A stretch of 54,565 nucleotides of DNA, filler included, from Perkinsus olseni (GCA_013115125.1; 2 parts of 2 records of this genome joined end to end with filler, not necessarily neighbours in it); one strand, 5' to 3'. Counted from the first letter of the whole stretch, positions 21,112 to 33,223 are shown. The notes: a model not told the origin generated them from the sequence alone. A program made the numbers and translations.

Positions 21112-23512
21112 TCAGAAACGCACAGGAAGCAATTGCATGGGTTGTTGCAGCCGCTGGAGCATACCGACAAGATGGCACGCCAGCACTGGCAGGTACCGAG
21201 ACGGGCACTTGGCAAGGCCAGATCGTACACGATCTCGCAGCACAGAGAGCCGCGTCCGGGAAGGATACAGGAAACCCCACTCAGGGTCAAGGCAACCTGA
21301 CGAGTACATCACCAGCGCCCCCGAGGTCCTCATTCACCTGCGTAGTACGCCGCGGCCGTCGTGGGAGTGTTGGACCTCAGCCGCATAGCCAGGCTGAGGG
21401 CTGTACGGCGTTGCGCAATAGGAACGTTCCGCACCAACGTGAGCTGCCATAGATCAGTGGCTGCCACAGAGTGCAGAGGGGATGGCAGCGGAAGGCTCAG
21501 TGTGGGGCACATCCGGCCGACTGCTACCAGGCTCGTGACCGTTGATGAGGAGACTGAGGAGATTGCGAAGGAAGGTGACGCGAAGGGGAGGTGAGAGGAA
21601 GTCTAGAGGAGTCTTCGCTCACTCGTCTCTTCCTGAATGCAAGTCAAAACATCTCTCCCGATGTGAGAAGGGAGAAGGTGACCAGCATTGGCCATGCCCC
21701 ACAGCGCCATTGCCTGAGCAGAAACTAGCGTTGAAGCTTCAACGCATCCTAGCCCGAGTCCACCCGTAAATTCGTTGACAAACTCCGGAGGTGATGCTCG
21801 CAAACGGCCGCTAGGTCCTTAGCGGCTTCTGAGTGGCCACGGCGAGAGAAGGCCCACAGGAGAGCTGCGAGATCGCCGGTATCTGCCCCCTGCCCGTGCG
21901 TGCGCTGCCCAACAGCTGAGGGCCCTACTGCTGCCGTGAGCTCGTCGGTGTATGAGGCCTCGCACGCTGCGCCACAGAGCGTCGAAGAGCCTGCTGGCGG
22001 CGATGCAACAGCAGAGCGACTTGCTTCCCCTTACGAATCGACATCAAAGTTCTCCTCGTATGCCAGGGCACAGGCCATCATAGAAAGGCTGAAGAGATCA
22101 GCCTTAGAGCCCTGATGGAGTAGAGCTGCTTCGATAGTGGACGGTGGTAGCCAGGACGGAAGCTGACAGCAGAAATGCACGCTCACACCACCATGCAAAG
22201 CTTACTTGCTTCCTGTTAATTCGCCCTATCCCCCAGAGGACGTTGGCCAGGGCTTGAGGGTCGAAATCTCTGAGCTCTACCTCCATCAGGGGGTGCCAGT
22301 CGTCCGAACATTCTTCAAGGAGTGAGGTCACGGTACAACGGCCGCAGGCCCAGAGGACGCCGGCGATGGCGTGTGGGCTGAGGCCCTTCCAACCCCGGAC
22401 GCCGCACTCCGTCACTAGCTGCGATAGCACGTCACGGTATGGCGGGGGTCCATCGCCTGAGAACCACGATTAAGGTCCGACTGGGGAAGCAAAGAAGCGC
22501 ACCGTCCTTCTCCAGCGAAGTATCCCATGCATTCCCCAACGCGTGGATCAGGAGGGCCACGTTGGTGGTGGTCATCTGAGTGTAGTCCTGAGAGAGATGG
22601 AACAGTCCCGGTTGATGGCTCCTTGGGAGAAAGCAAGCTTCAACGACCGGAACTCGACAGAGCTCAGAGCTGTATATTTCGATAGTAAGGTCTCCGGAGA
22701 CGGACTATCAGCAGCAGAGGGCTCACCAGCCTCCCCCCTCTTATGAGCATGGCGACTATACTAGTTGCCTTGTCCGCTGCAGAAGGGATCCTCGACAGGG
22801 GCCACATCAAGGGCACCAGCGAACGTGAGCTGACGCCCTGAGGAGCCGAAGAAGCAAACATCCGACCGACCGACATGCAACGACCTCTTCCGTGCTCCCC
22901 TCCAGGTGATGGAGCCCTTGCTGGACCATCCAGGCAGGTATCTCCTCCGTCCTCTTGAGCTTGACCAAGGCTCTGAGGAGCTGACAGACGCCCTGGTCGG
23001 TGATGGGCTCCCGAGGAGGATCTCTGAAGTGCTCCAGTAGCGCTGTTACTGCCGTCTGGGAGACCCGGCGGTCCCCAGCGCTTGCAAAACCCTCTAGCAA
23101 ACGCGCTGTGGCCCTGGGAGTGAAGTCCTGACTGTACACCTGAGAGGCGCACAATGGAGCTCCGAAGAGGGACACGACAGCGGACCTCGGCCAAGTTGGC
23201 GGCCACTCGCCAGAAGGAAGGGGAGGCATGCCCAATCCTACCGACCGACCAAGCAAGTACACTGAGATCGTCCGGAGTGAAACTGAGCAAGAGGGGTAGC
23301 ACTGGTGCACTGGGGTGAGTGGCCGCGGCCTACGAGTCTTTAACAGCAGTTGTAGCTGCATCCAGCATGCTCAGTATCTCCCCTGACGAAGGGCGGACGG
23401 CGGTCCTGCTAGACTTAGCCAGCCTGTAGAGCTGATAGACTAACGGATGCAGCCCCTTCCTGGTCCTGACCGGCTGCATAGCACGACAACTGCGACCCTG
23501 CAGCAGCTTCAT
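21112..23512 (-). CDS. Helical-repeat (HPR/OPR/FASTK-like) protein, tandem paralogue of 17304-21044, with putative mitochondrial presequence
   Basis: FTPDDLSVLAWSVGRI, LSPHAIAGVLWACGR, FDPQALANVLWGIGRI. N-terminus MKLLQGRSCRAMQPVRTRKG is basic and lacks acidic residues. C-terminus AAAYYAG|CLD...LACHL matches AAAHYAG|CLT...FACHL of the neighbour. Confidence 0.7.
22612..22683 (+). repeat. 72-bp element, copy 1 (inverted relative to 25762-25833)
   Basis: TTGATGGCTCC...TATTTCGAT. Its reverse complement matches 25762-25833 at 69/72 positions. It lies inside a predicted 139-nt intron (22588-22726). Confidence 0.95.
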
Positions 23513-23833
23513 GACCCTTCCCGCTGTATTGAGGTGACGAAACCCAACCCGGTGAGCTAGAGAGATAATGATGTCGAGTTGAACTGTACACAGAGGAGGC
23601 CAAAATTGAATGCTTACAGTAAGAGCCCACAGAGCGGCTTTAGTCGTGAGGATGAGAAACAAGCAGAACGGCAGGAGCGGGACGAAGGGACCGCCCAGCC
23701 TCGCAGGAAGTTCCGCAAGGCGAGGAGAAACGACGATACAAAAAAAGTGGCGGTGGGTCAGTTGGCTGGCGGTGGTTTGCAAAAGCACTTGGCCTTCCGT
23801 CGTTCTACCTCGGCCACGCTCTCATCCACCACT

Positions 23834-26800
23834 TTACCCGAGACGTGCCTGTAGTAGGCCGACCGAGTATTCTCGCGCCTGAGGGACATCAGCAATCGGG
23901 GACCCAAGGTTGATCATGGCCTACCGCAAGACGTCGCCCTGCTTCATCCACTGGTTAGAGGTCGGGCCTATCTGCGCATCATACAGCGGCGCAGCGTGAA
24001 GGATTCCAATTTGCGGCTCCGTGCCGGCCACGACGATGACGAAGCCGTCCGAGACTTCGGGTGAATCCAGCACCCAGAAGGGCCCACGAGATGTAAACAA
24101 TACTGATTTGAACTCGGGTTTACTGGACACAGGAGAATCATCGTTCTCTACGACGTACGACCTGACCAGCATGGTACGATGATTGGCGGCATCTAAGCGT
24201 CTGCGTATTGGCCTACCGTAGCACCGTCTGCCACCGCTGGTAATCGTAGGTGATACTGACCAACTTTGTCGTGGCCACTGGGTCCTTTCCATGCTGCCCC
24301 GACTCTTCACGGAAGTCCATACCGTAGTAGCCTGCAAGGAGCATTAACGACGTCTAAGGGAAGGTCCCCCGTAGTACTGGCTGAGTGCACAGGCACGGAG
24401 TCGATGCATTGGCCACTGAGAGTGTCCACTGTAGTTACGCAATCTATAGACGGTGCGAAACCTTGCTCGTCCCCAGCAGGCCTCCAAACATAGACTACTC
24501 TACTGGAAAACCGATCGGGCAGCAGGGCTCGTATCTAACCACAGGCGAGTTCATGAAACCCCTCGGTGAGAGAATCTATTAAGCGAACCCTCGCGAACAG
24601 AGATAAAGTACTGTATAACTCCATGAGCACGTCAGACGCTGCACGAAGGTAGACGACATAACCATTCGTGAAGCGCTTCTCTATTCATCGGCCATGTCGA
24701 CTGTGCGACCTCCCAACGTAGTGCATCTCCCATCATATTATTCGCTAATACCGACTATCCACAGCATCAGTGAAAATATCCTCTCGAGGAGAATCCGCTC
24801 GGCTGTGTTATACACCGGTACCATAAATCGACGAATTCATACGCCCGACCAATGCAACGAGTCGCGGCTCCGAGGTAGAACTTAGAAGGGACATAGACGA
24901 CGCTACGAGCGTCCCCGAGACAGTCAGCTGAAGTTCAGTATCACCTTTTACGAAGCCTTTAGGCCCGTTAGCCATTCTACCGACACCCCTCTCTCTACTA
25001 CCTCGACTCCATCCCTATCACCAAGACAAACCATGGTGTCGTTCTTGGCAACATCAAACCCTCCAATACCACCATCGGGCGACGCAGCGAGATGAAAGCA
25101 GCTGGTGCCTACGGACCCCCCTCATCTACCGTATGCATTCTGCGATGATTCCCTCACCTTCCTGCTTGTCCTTCAACAATGCAATCATACAAGATCGTTT
25201 GTCTCCGCCAGGGCACAGTTCCGAGACGCCCTGAAAGGTGCATCACCGATGCCGCCACTGAGCCCTCATTGAGGGCTGTTGAGGGCCCCTCAACAGTAGC
25301 GTGGAGCACCTCATTCGCAGCGTAGCGAGTTCTATCCAGACTGCGTAGCATAGCAACATCGTCACTAGCCGCCAGCTCTATTGAATCCTTATCGTCATCC
25401 GAGTATGTCGTGGATCGCCAGGGACCATCCAAAACGCTGGCTACTAATCGCTGCGAGTCCAGTTCTCGGATATAGGACTGAAAAACACAGAACAGTCGTC
25501 TGGCGCCGTGAAATCCAGCCAAGCCAGCATGCACCCATAAGGACTACATTGGATCTTGGAGGGAGTAGCTTGGCAACGTCTAGCTCATGATTCTGGCCCA
25601 ACCGCAGATTCGATGCCACTGTTGCCAGCCTGAGACAACAATCTTTGCTTGAAGGTAATCAAGAGACGGTCCACGCTGAAGTCATAGAGTGGGCAGTTGA
25701 TGACGGATGATGAAAGCAGCGAGGTCGAGCCCGAGCGTCCCTGCAGACTTTATTACCGTGGATCGATATATACAGCTCTGAGCTCTGTTGAGTTCCGGTC
25801 ATTGAAGCTTGCTTTCTCCCAAGGAGCCATCAAATGCAATACGTTACTCCGCCGGTTTGCCATGGCCTGCCAGAGAGAAGGGAGTCGTTCCGCAGGTTTC
25901 AATGGGGGTATGAGATTGAAAAGCTCCAGAACATGAGTGAAAATACACGAGACTGTTTTCTCAACAACAACAACCCTGACTTCACTCATATGAAGTAGAG
26001 GTGTTCGGTCAAGTAGGACGTCCAAGGATCATTCCGTGGACGGCTACTTCTCCCATGAGTTGAGCATTGAATGGTACTGGCAATGATACCAAGTGCATAG
26101 CTGGCATGCCCTATCGCTGACTCGACGCCTACTGACCGCCCGGATCCTGCCCCTAATGCCCATGATTCTCCCGACTTCTACCTGCGCTAGTTTGTCCTGC
26201 TGGACCCTGAACATGACCATACAGGCGAATAGAAACATAGCCCAGATACAGAGCCGGAGGGATGCTGCTGCTCTGTTGGGCTCTTGCTCGAAGTCCCACT
26301 GGCCTGTCGGTGAGAGGTCTGAACAGATTGTTAAGAATCCATTCTCTTTGCGTTCTTTTCTTCAACGAATGACGTAATTTATAGTACGATATAAATACAG
26401 TATAGATATAATAGTAATAGATCATAATACACTCCATAGACTATAGGAGTTAATATATATCCAATACACTATACAGGAGTGACTTGCATAATTAACGGCT
26501 CCTATTTCATGTTCCCTAGCGTTAACATATTTCCTTTATATAAAATTATATAGTAAATTATGTAATTTAGTATTATAGCATTCAGTACCATAAATTTATA
26601 ATAATATCATAATGGCATTAATATTATGATCTTTCGCCTCCGTACGAAGGCTAGATGCTTAATTCTTCACACTCTGCTGGATATCATCAAGGATCGCTGT
26701 ACTCTCGGACGTGTATTACCAAACTGGTTCATCGACCCCGCTCCTCCTATTATCACGAACCTCGCTGGACCATCACCGCTCTCAGCCGACGACGGGCTTA

Positions 26801-27084
26801 TATCAGAACGACTCTAAGACAACAGCACCGATGGTGATGCAACAGCACCAGGGACCCTCCCCCACCTGAACCCCGGGCACAGCGAGGTCTGGCTGCCCAA
26901 CGGCAGGCAAGTTGACCACGGCCCTGGCTGGTGTGGCGGTGGTAGTGGTAGCTAGAGTCGTTGTGGTAGTAGCAGTAGGAGCAGCAGAGGGCCCCATAGC
27001 CTCCATTTCCACACTAGACCCTGTGCTGACGTCGCTGTTACGACGGTTTACAGGGGAATAATCGTGACGACCGGGATGCCTCAT
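23834..27084 (-). CDS. Hypothetical multi-exon protein, probably type II membrane; model poorly resolved
   Basis: Chain of short open segments bounded by GT-AG, a Thr-rich N-terminal part, and TM-like LRLCIWAMFLFACMVMF near 26210-26260. No family recognised. Confidence 0.35.
25762..25833 (-). repeat. 72-bp element, copy 2
   Basis: ATCGATATATACAGCTCTGAGC...GGAGCCATCAA on the + strand. It lies within a plausible 107-nt minus-strand intron (25741-25847, GTAACG...CTGCAG). Confidence 0.95.
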
Positions 27085-27271
27085 TCTATATGAAACAACC
27101 ATACGCTGATTCAATACAGAATAGCCCTTTCCTGAACAGCGGATCGAGCGTGCGAGAGTAGCGAGTGTGAAATCGCAGAGAAGGAGGATGCGCACCGCAA
27201 AGATTCCAACACAACACCGCACGGCGGAGACAGAAATTGTGCTGCGCTGAAGCACTCATGAAACGGGAACC

Positions 27272-27371
27272 NNNNNNNNNNNNNNNNNNNNNNNNNNNNN
27301 NNNNNNNNNNNNNNNTTAATTAATTAANNNNNNNNNNNNNNNNNNNNNNNNNNNNNNNNNNNNNNNNNNNN
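27272..27371. other. Artificial contig-joining linker / assembly gap
   Basis: Exactly 44 N + TTAATTAATTAA (stop codons in all six frames) + 44 N = 100 nt. Confidence 0.97.
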
Positions 27372-27422
27372 GTTTTACTAATTTGCTCTGGGCTTTATTA
27401 AATTGCTCTGGGGTTTTACTAA
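27372..27422 (+). repeat. Imperfect 20-21 bp minisatellite abutting the gap
   Basis: GTTTTACTAATTTGCTCTGG / GCTTTATTAAATTGCTCTGGG / GTTTTACTAA. Confidence 0.75.
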
Positions 27423-27434
27423 GTAGGTCTGGAA

Positions 27435-29123
27435 ATGGTGTAGTGCTACTATTACCTGCCCTATAAGCATGAACTTAGAGAACATCTCTAGTATACTTAG
27501 CAGGCATCCTGCTATGCAGCTCCAGAGGCAGGTCAAAGGGGAGAGGCATATGGGCAGCCAATTCATGAGATCTGTTATGCGATTGATGACGTACCGTACA
27601 ATGCCAACAAACAAGGAGGCAAACCTGAGGGTGATGATCAGTACTGCGGTGCTGAGGGCTGGTCCTCACATTATCGCTCCCGAGCTAGACGTGCATGCCC
27701 ATTGCAGGCCCTTCAACGATGGGACCATTGGAGCATCAGAATCGGGGAAGTACCTGGACACCAACTGGTCGTGGTTGCATTCCGCGCGATTGACAGTATG
27801 CTGGACCTATACGAGTAGTGGCGCTCGCAGCGATAGCACTGGTACGACTGAAGACGCATGGATCATCTCTAGTCAATGAGGTAAAGCGCAATACCAGTAT
27901 TACCATGCACCGATGCCAACAGCACAGACTACTGTCTTTATGTTGAGGAATACATAGGTGAATATAAAGAACATAGGACCATATATCCACCTGGATGCAG
28001 CCACCCAGCCAGGCTCATCCAACCGACAACTACCCTCATTAACCTGAAGTGATGGTGACACTCATTCACACCCACCATGCTACTACCTCCTTGACGTTGA
28101 AGGTAGCGATGACGAAAACAATCCATAACACTGTATAACCAACATAGAGTCCCTCTACTAATACGGACACTCCAATCACAGTAGGGGTGGCCTTGAGGCC
28201 TGCTGATGCCACTGATATGACCTCCGCTGCTCGGTTGATGGATCGCCAGCATAGGGCCATGAACACCAACTCTATCGCTGCACCGACCAACAGCATCCAG
28301 TTGTTCAAGCCATATTCGACGTACCTAGTGAAGTAGTAACAGCTCAGGGTCATTGGACCGTGGCTGAGGGGTACTACCAAAACGCCCAAAATCCTACTAG
28401 CAGAGCTACACCTAGGAACAGCGTTGACCATATGATAGGCTTAACCAAGAGTTGTAAGGCATACAGCCATAACACGGCCAGCACCACCACTCCCAGACAT
28501 ATAACAGTCGGGATATACCAATACTTCCCCAACACAGCCCAGAATGTAGGGGATACCTGCCTTAGACGCAATTATTACCACTCAAGAGGAAGGCGGACTG
28601 ACCTCGTCATTTCTCTTATCCGCCAGAGTTCTGTGGAACAACGAATGGTCAGACCATTCCGTAGTAGCATCATCAATGCACGTATTGAGCTGTTGACACA
28701 GATCCTCCTTCACACACCCAGTATTGGTCCTGAGGATATACCATCCATTACGATAGCTACTGTTATGGTACTGACCACATCGGATAAGGTAGTGAGCCTG
28801 CTTGAGGAAGGTTCGCACCACTACAGTGTGTAGGGGCATAGAGGTAACCACTGGGGCATATGCTGTCCTAAAAAGTAAAAATGAAAGGGGAGAGCTATCG
28901 CGGCCGGCTATTACCGATTCAGGACTGGAAAGCTCATAGTTCGTGGACCCTAATAATACAAACCCAGTGATGAGCTGCCACAATAGGCATGCCCAAAATA
29001 TTGCTATGCATACCCAATCCACCGGGCCTAGATTGGACCTGAACTCCTACAGTTGGATAGTCCAGTGCGACGAGCGGCTATAATACTACCTTTTACGCCA
29101 TTTAACCCCGGGTTCGAATCCAT
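27435..29123 (-). CDS. Choline transporter-like (CTL/SLC44/PNS1) protein, 3' end cut by the gap, first exon uncertain
   Basis: PVDWVCIAIFW N-terminal motif, multiple TM helices, WRSINRAAEVISVASAGLKATP, SLKGLQWACTSSSGAI...FASLFVGIVRY and CLWSCIAGCLLSILEMFSKF, typical of the Choline_transpo domain. Confidence 0.78.
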
Positions 29124-29131
29124 GCGGGGGC
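29051..29131 (+). pseudogene. tRNA-like A-box/B-box element (degenerate)
   Basis: TAGTCCAGTGCGACGAGCGGCT at 29058 and CCCCGGGTTCGAATCC at 29106-29121. No acceptor or anticodon stem. 18/22 identical to the A-box region at 36158. Confidence 0.45.
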
Positions 29132-29440
29132 GTCCTTCGCCGAATCGTGATTCCCTTCTCACCAAATTCCCCATCCATTAGGATAATTTAGAATACAAAA
29201 AAGAGGGGTATCACCAACAAAGCTGAAGCACTGAGTCGCTCCTCTCCGTTCGCTGCTACCTGTTGCCGTGACAACACCTATCGGGCGCGTAAAACACAAT
29301 GCTCACTCACCAGACTAGTGTCGCTCGTTGGACCCGCGACAGCAACACATTAGCGTTGAGGAATTGCAAGACCAGCTAAGTGTCCAAGATTTTCTAGTGC
29401 TGCCTCGTCCGTCCGACTCCGTCCGACTGGGTTATCACTA

Positions 29441-32400
29441 ATGTTGATTCACAGGCAGGGCATCTACCGGATAAACCGCAGGCTAAAGACAACCTTAGCA
29501 TCTCGCAGGCCGCAGCATTGGGAGGAGTCCTTTGAGGAGGTCCAAGCCCAGCATACGGCAGGCCCTGGTAATAATAATACCACTACTACTGTAACTTACT
29601 TCCATCGCTACCACTACCGGTAGTGAGCCTCAGTATAGGTCCCGACATGGATGCTGCACCCCTACTGAGGAACTCATCATCGATAGTTAGGGAAGACTCG
29701 GGGAGGAAGTTGAAACGCTTGGAGCATTTTGAACGGTACTGGGGACACGCTGCCCGTCACGGTAGTGGTAACGGCTGTCCAGGGCCGATACAGCGACAGC
29801 AATACTGAAGAGGACTAAGTACCAAGCAGGGAGGAGTGTACAGACATACGATGAGAAGGAGAGGGCTGGGGTGCAGCGAGCTATTGATGCTGAGAAACGG
29901 AAAAGCAGGTACGGGTCATGGTCATACGGGTTACACCTCGGGAGTTAGGCGAAGAAGTGTTGATGTCCCTGCAATAATTGCCTTCATTCGCTAGTGCCAT
30001 CGCGCTAGTCTTCATGGTATTGCTGTTCTTATGATATCAGAAAAGATGGTTACTATCGATAGGGAAAATTGCCTTCACGGCGGTATCAGGTATTCAGTGA
30101 GCAAGGAGCGTCTCTTAGACAATAGGATGTACATCATGGACGAGGACGCTATATCTCTAGCCAAGCAGTCTATTGATAAAGTGTACTACAGTAGCAGTAG
30201 TGCTGCTGTACATACCCCTCCCTCAGCGTCGAGAACGAGCGGTCAAGGAAGGTTCGTCTGAAGCTGAAGCAACAGGAGGCTTCGGCTGCTGTTGCCGCCC
30301 CTATTGGGGAGGACGATCATGATACTACTACCCGTAGCTCCAAGGCTGTCGATGGGAAACCGGAGACCAAGAACGCTGTTGTCAAGCCAGTAGTCTGGGA
30401 ATTGGTTATGTCTGCTATCGAAGGTCATGCTTCAGAATCCCGATGATGACCCGCCTCCGTCTAAGGCCGAAGCCCACTCGTCTGCCGAGTTGAAAGAGGA
30501 CCACTCCGATAGGCTCCGCGATGACATGCATACATCACCAGCCCGCCAAACGTTCCAGTTTCGGAAAGCTAACTTCCCTGAGAGGGGTAGTCGAGGGGAG
30601 ACTATGCAGGCTACCCACCCCGAGCCTCGTGCAGTGGGCTCAAACACAGCGGTCGAACGACTACATAAACTGGCTGGCGATGGGCGGCAGCTGCCGTTGG
30701 ACACTCTCAAGGCGTTGGACCTACCTTCACTCACCCCTAGCGATCTTTCAAGGGTGTTTTGGTGTGTCGTGAAGACCAATAGTGGATCATGGACAGGCTT
30801 CAGTGAGCTACTCCGACTCCTTGCCGGGGAGGTTGATAAGCTCTCACCCAAGGAGGTAGCACGTACCTTGTTGGGAGCGGCACAAGTGAGGACACGTAGT
30901 AGCGACACCCTCCTGACGCAGCTCGTCGGAGTACTACTGTATCGAGCAGCGATAGAGGACACTGTAGGGACGCGTGAAGCCCTCACGGGGTCGTCAGCAT
31001 GTGTCGCCTTATGTGCGGTTAGCAAGCTCATCATCAACGCTGATCGTCATCACCCCAGTGGTTGGTTGGATCTACACGATACAGTAGAGTCATTGGCGGG
31101 GCGGCTGATCGTTGGCAGTAGTCAGGCCTCAGGAGGGGGCCTCAGCAACAAGGAGATCTGCGTAGCCTTATCGGGCATGGCTAACTCTGGGGTACTGCAT
31201 CGACCCTCGACTGCGGTTATGTTGGACCAGCTACTGGGCCGTGCTGATACGCTACAACCCACTCAAGTAGTCGGTATCTTATGGTCACTATCGAAGCTGC
31301 AGGTGAGGTTGAGCGGTGATGTTATGAAAAACAAGATACGCCCTGCCCTTGGTGAGCTAGCCCAGCTGCCACCCCGAGAGGTAGCATCGTTACTGTACAG
31401 CACAGGGCGGTGCACTAAGGATCAGGAGGTGTGTGGCGAGCTACGCAACGAGCTCATGCAATATGTGAAGCCTCAGCACCTGAATGGTAACGAGATTAGT
31501 GCTGTGATAGAAGGCCTAGCTTCAGTGGATGATCATACATCGTTACTCGATGTTGATCAGAGTATCATCATCATGACCTTGGATCGTCTGAGTGAGATCA
31601 GGCATACCCTATCGCCCAGCCAAATGGTACGGTGTTCGATAGCCCTCCACAAGCTGCCTAGGACGGACGCTGTCACAGAGGTGTCACGGTCCCTACTGGG
31701 GTTGTGCGAGGAGAGGCTCTACGCCTTCAAACCCCATCAGTATGTAGCCCTCCTCCCAACTGGTGTTGACCCGATGGTGGATCGTAGCAGCAGGAGCATC
31801 TACACCAAGGCCAGAGAGCAGGCATCTAGCCTGTCCGTGCCAGACCTTATCAAGCTACTTACCCTAGCGTCTGATGATGCTGTATTACTACGGGCGATTG
31901 ATGGTAGGGTCACTGATGAGTACCGCTTCCCACGGCCCGCTGGGGCAGTAGTGGCGGCTCGCTACCTCGAGCTGCTGGGCCGCGATAGGGGTCAGGTGGT
32001 ACGTAGACAAGTACCCAGTTTGGTGAGGATGAGTCGTACTACACAGGAGCTCCATCGTCTGCTGTACGCAGTGGGTGTGCTTAGTAATGCTGATACTATC
32101 GACCATTTGCATACCAAGTACGGGGTACAGGCCCTTGAGACGGCGGTCAGCAGGATAGGGGTCGAGGAGGATCCAGTGGCCCTGCTGGAGGCCTTGAGCT
32201 ATGTGAGGATGGACCCTAGTACCACTACAGCAGCCATCATGGCTACACTAGAGGAGAGGTGGTCACAGCTTGAGGCAGCTGACAAGGATAGAGTACTGGC
32301 TGCCATGGCCGAGCTGGGTATCGACCCGTCCAGTCTGCCTGCCCCCACGTCGATGACTCTGCCTGGTCTATGGTCCCGTATGGTGAGGGAGCCCCACACC

Positions 32401-33223
32401 CCAGCATGCCCGGTGGAAGTCTTGGAGTCGCTACGCCCTGCTGGTGTCGACTCCCCAGTGGATGCCAGTCGTTTACAGCAACTCTATCTCCATCATGTTG
32501 GTAGTCCCTATAATGCTACAACTGCGACCACAACCAAAGGTGGGGTCTCTTGCTGATGCCAGTCACGACCATCATCTTCGTCCAGGTAGTAGCAGCAAGT
32601 ACAGTCGTTGGATATCGGATGCATTGTCCTATCTTGGGATACCACACCAACCCGACTCTCCTCAGTTGGGTGGGGTCTGCGTAAGGCGGCGTGTGCTTCG
32701 CCGTGTGCTCATCACGGTTCATCAGGTGATCCTAGCTCGGCTGCCAACTCATGGCATAGGTATGGTCATGGACGAATCCACCTTCCCTGGTGATCGACCC
32801 ACGGGCCGGAGTCTAGTCCAACGCAGACAGCTTTTGAATCAGTCAACAGACCAGCAGCAGCAAGAGGGCATCACTAGGCTGGTGATGGTCCGACGATTGG
32901 ACCTAGTCCGAGCTAGACAGAAGAAGGAGCTGGTACCGTTCACAGCAAGGCTTCTCACTGGATTCATAGTAAACCGTCGTGTCTTGCTGAGCTCACTGAA
33001 TGTTCTCTCGTCAGACTGACTCTACTCTGCTGCAGCAGTACTCCACCATAACCGAGCCACCGCAGTCGGAGGTGGGTCACTGAGTGGCTGACCATCGTGT
33101 TCTCACCACTAGCAGGTCCCCGATGATGCTACAAGTGGAGCGGCTCACTACTTCGAGGAGACCTCCAATCATCCACTGCATGACGATCATTCCAATACCC
33201 ATGTTTCTGATGAAGGTTTCTGA
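29441..33223 (+). CDS. Large helical-repeat protein with degenerate C-terminal RAP domain, putative mitochondrial RNA-binding protein
   Basis: Basic N-terminus MLIHRQGIYRINRRLKTTLASRR. A ~2.1-kb exon carries repeats LTPSDLSRVFWCVVK, LSPKEVARTLLGAA, LSNKEICVALSGMA, LQPTQVVGILWSLSKL. A 43-nt intron (32497-32539) leads into SKYSRWISDALSYLGIPH...PTGRSLVQRRQL...LVMV, which is RAP-like. Confidence 0.7.

Noticed and set aside
25707-25781. ATGATGA...CTGA as a plus-strand C/D snoRNA
   Set aside because: Antisense to the host gene, the C box lies outside the duplicated 72-bp element, no terminal stem, and no recognisable rRNA guide.
27316-27327. TTAATTAATTAA palindrome inside the N run
   Set aside because: Six-frame stop linker centred in a symmetric 100-nt spacer; artificial. 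Neighbourhood across it was not interpreted.
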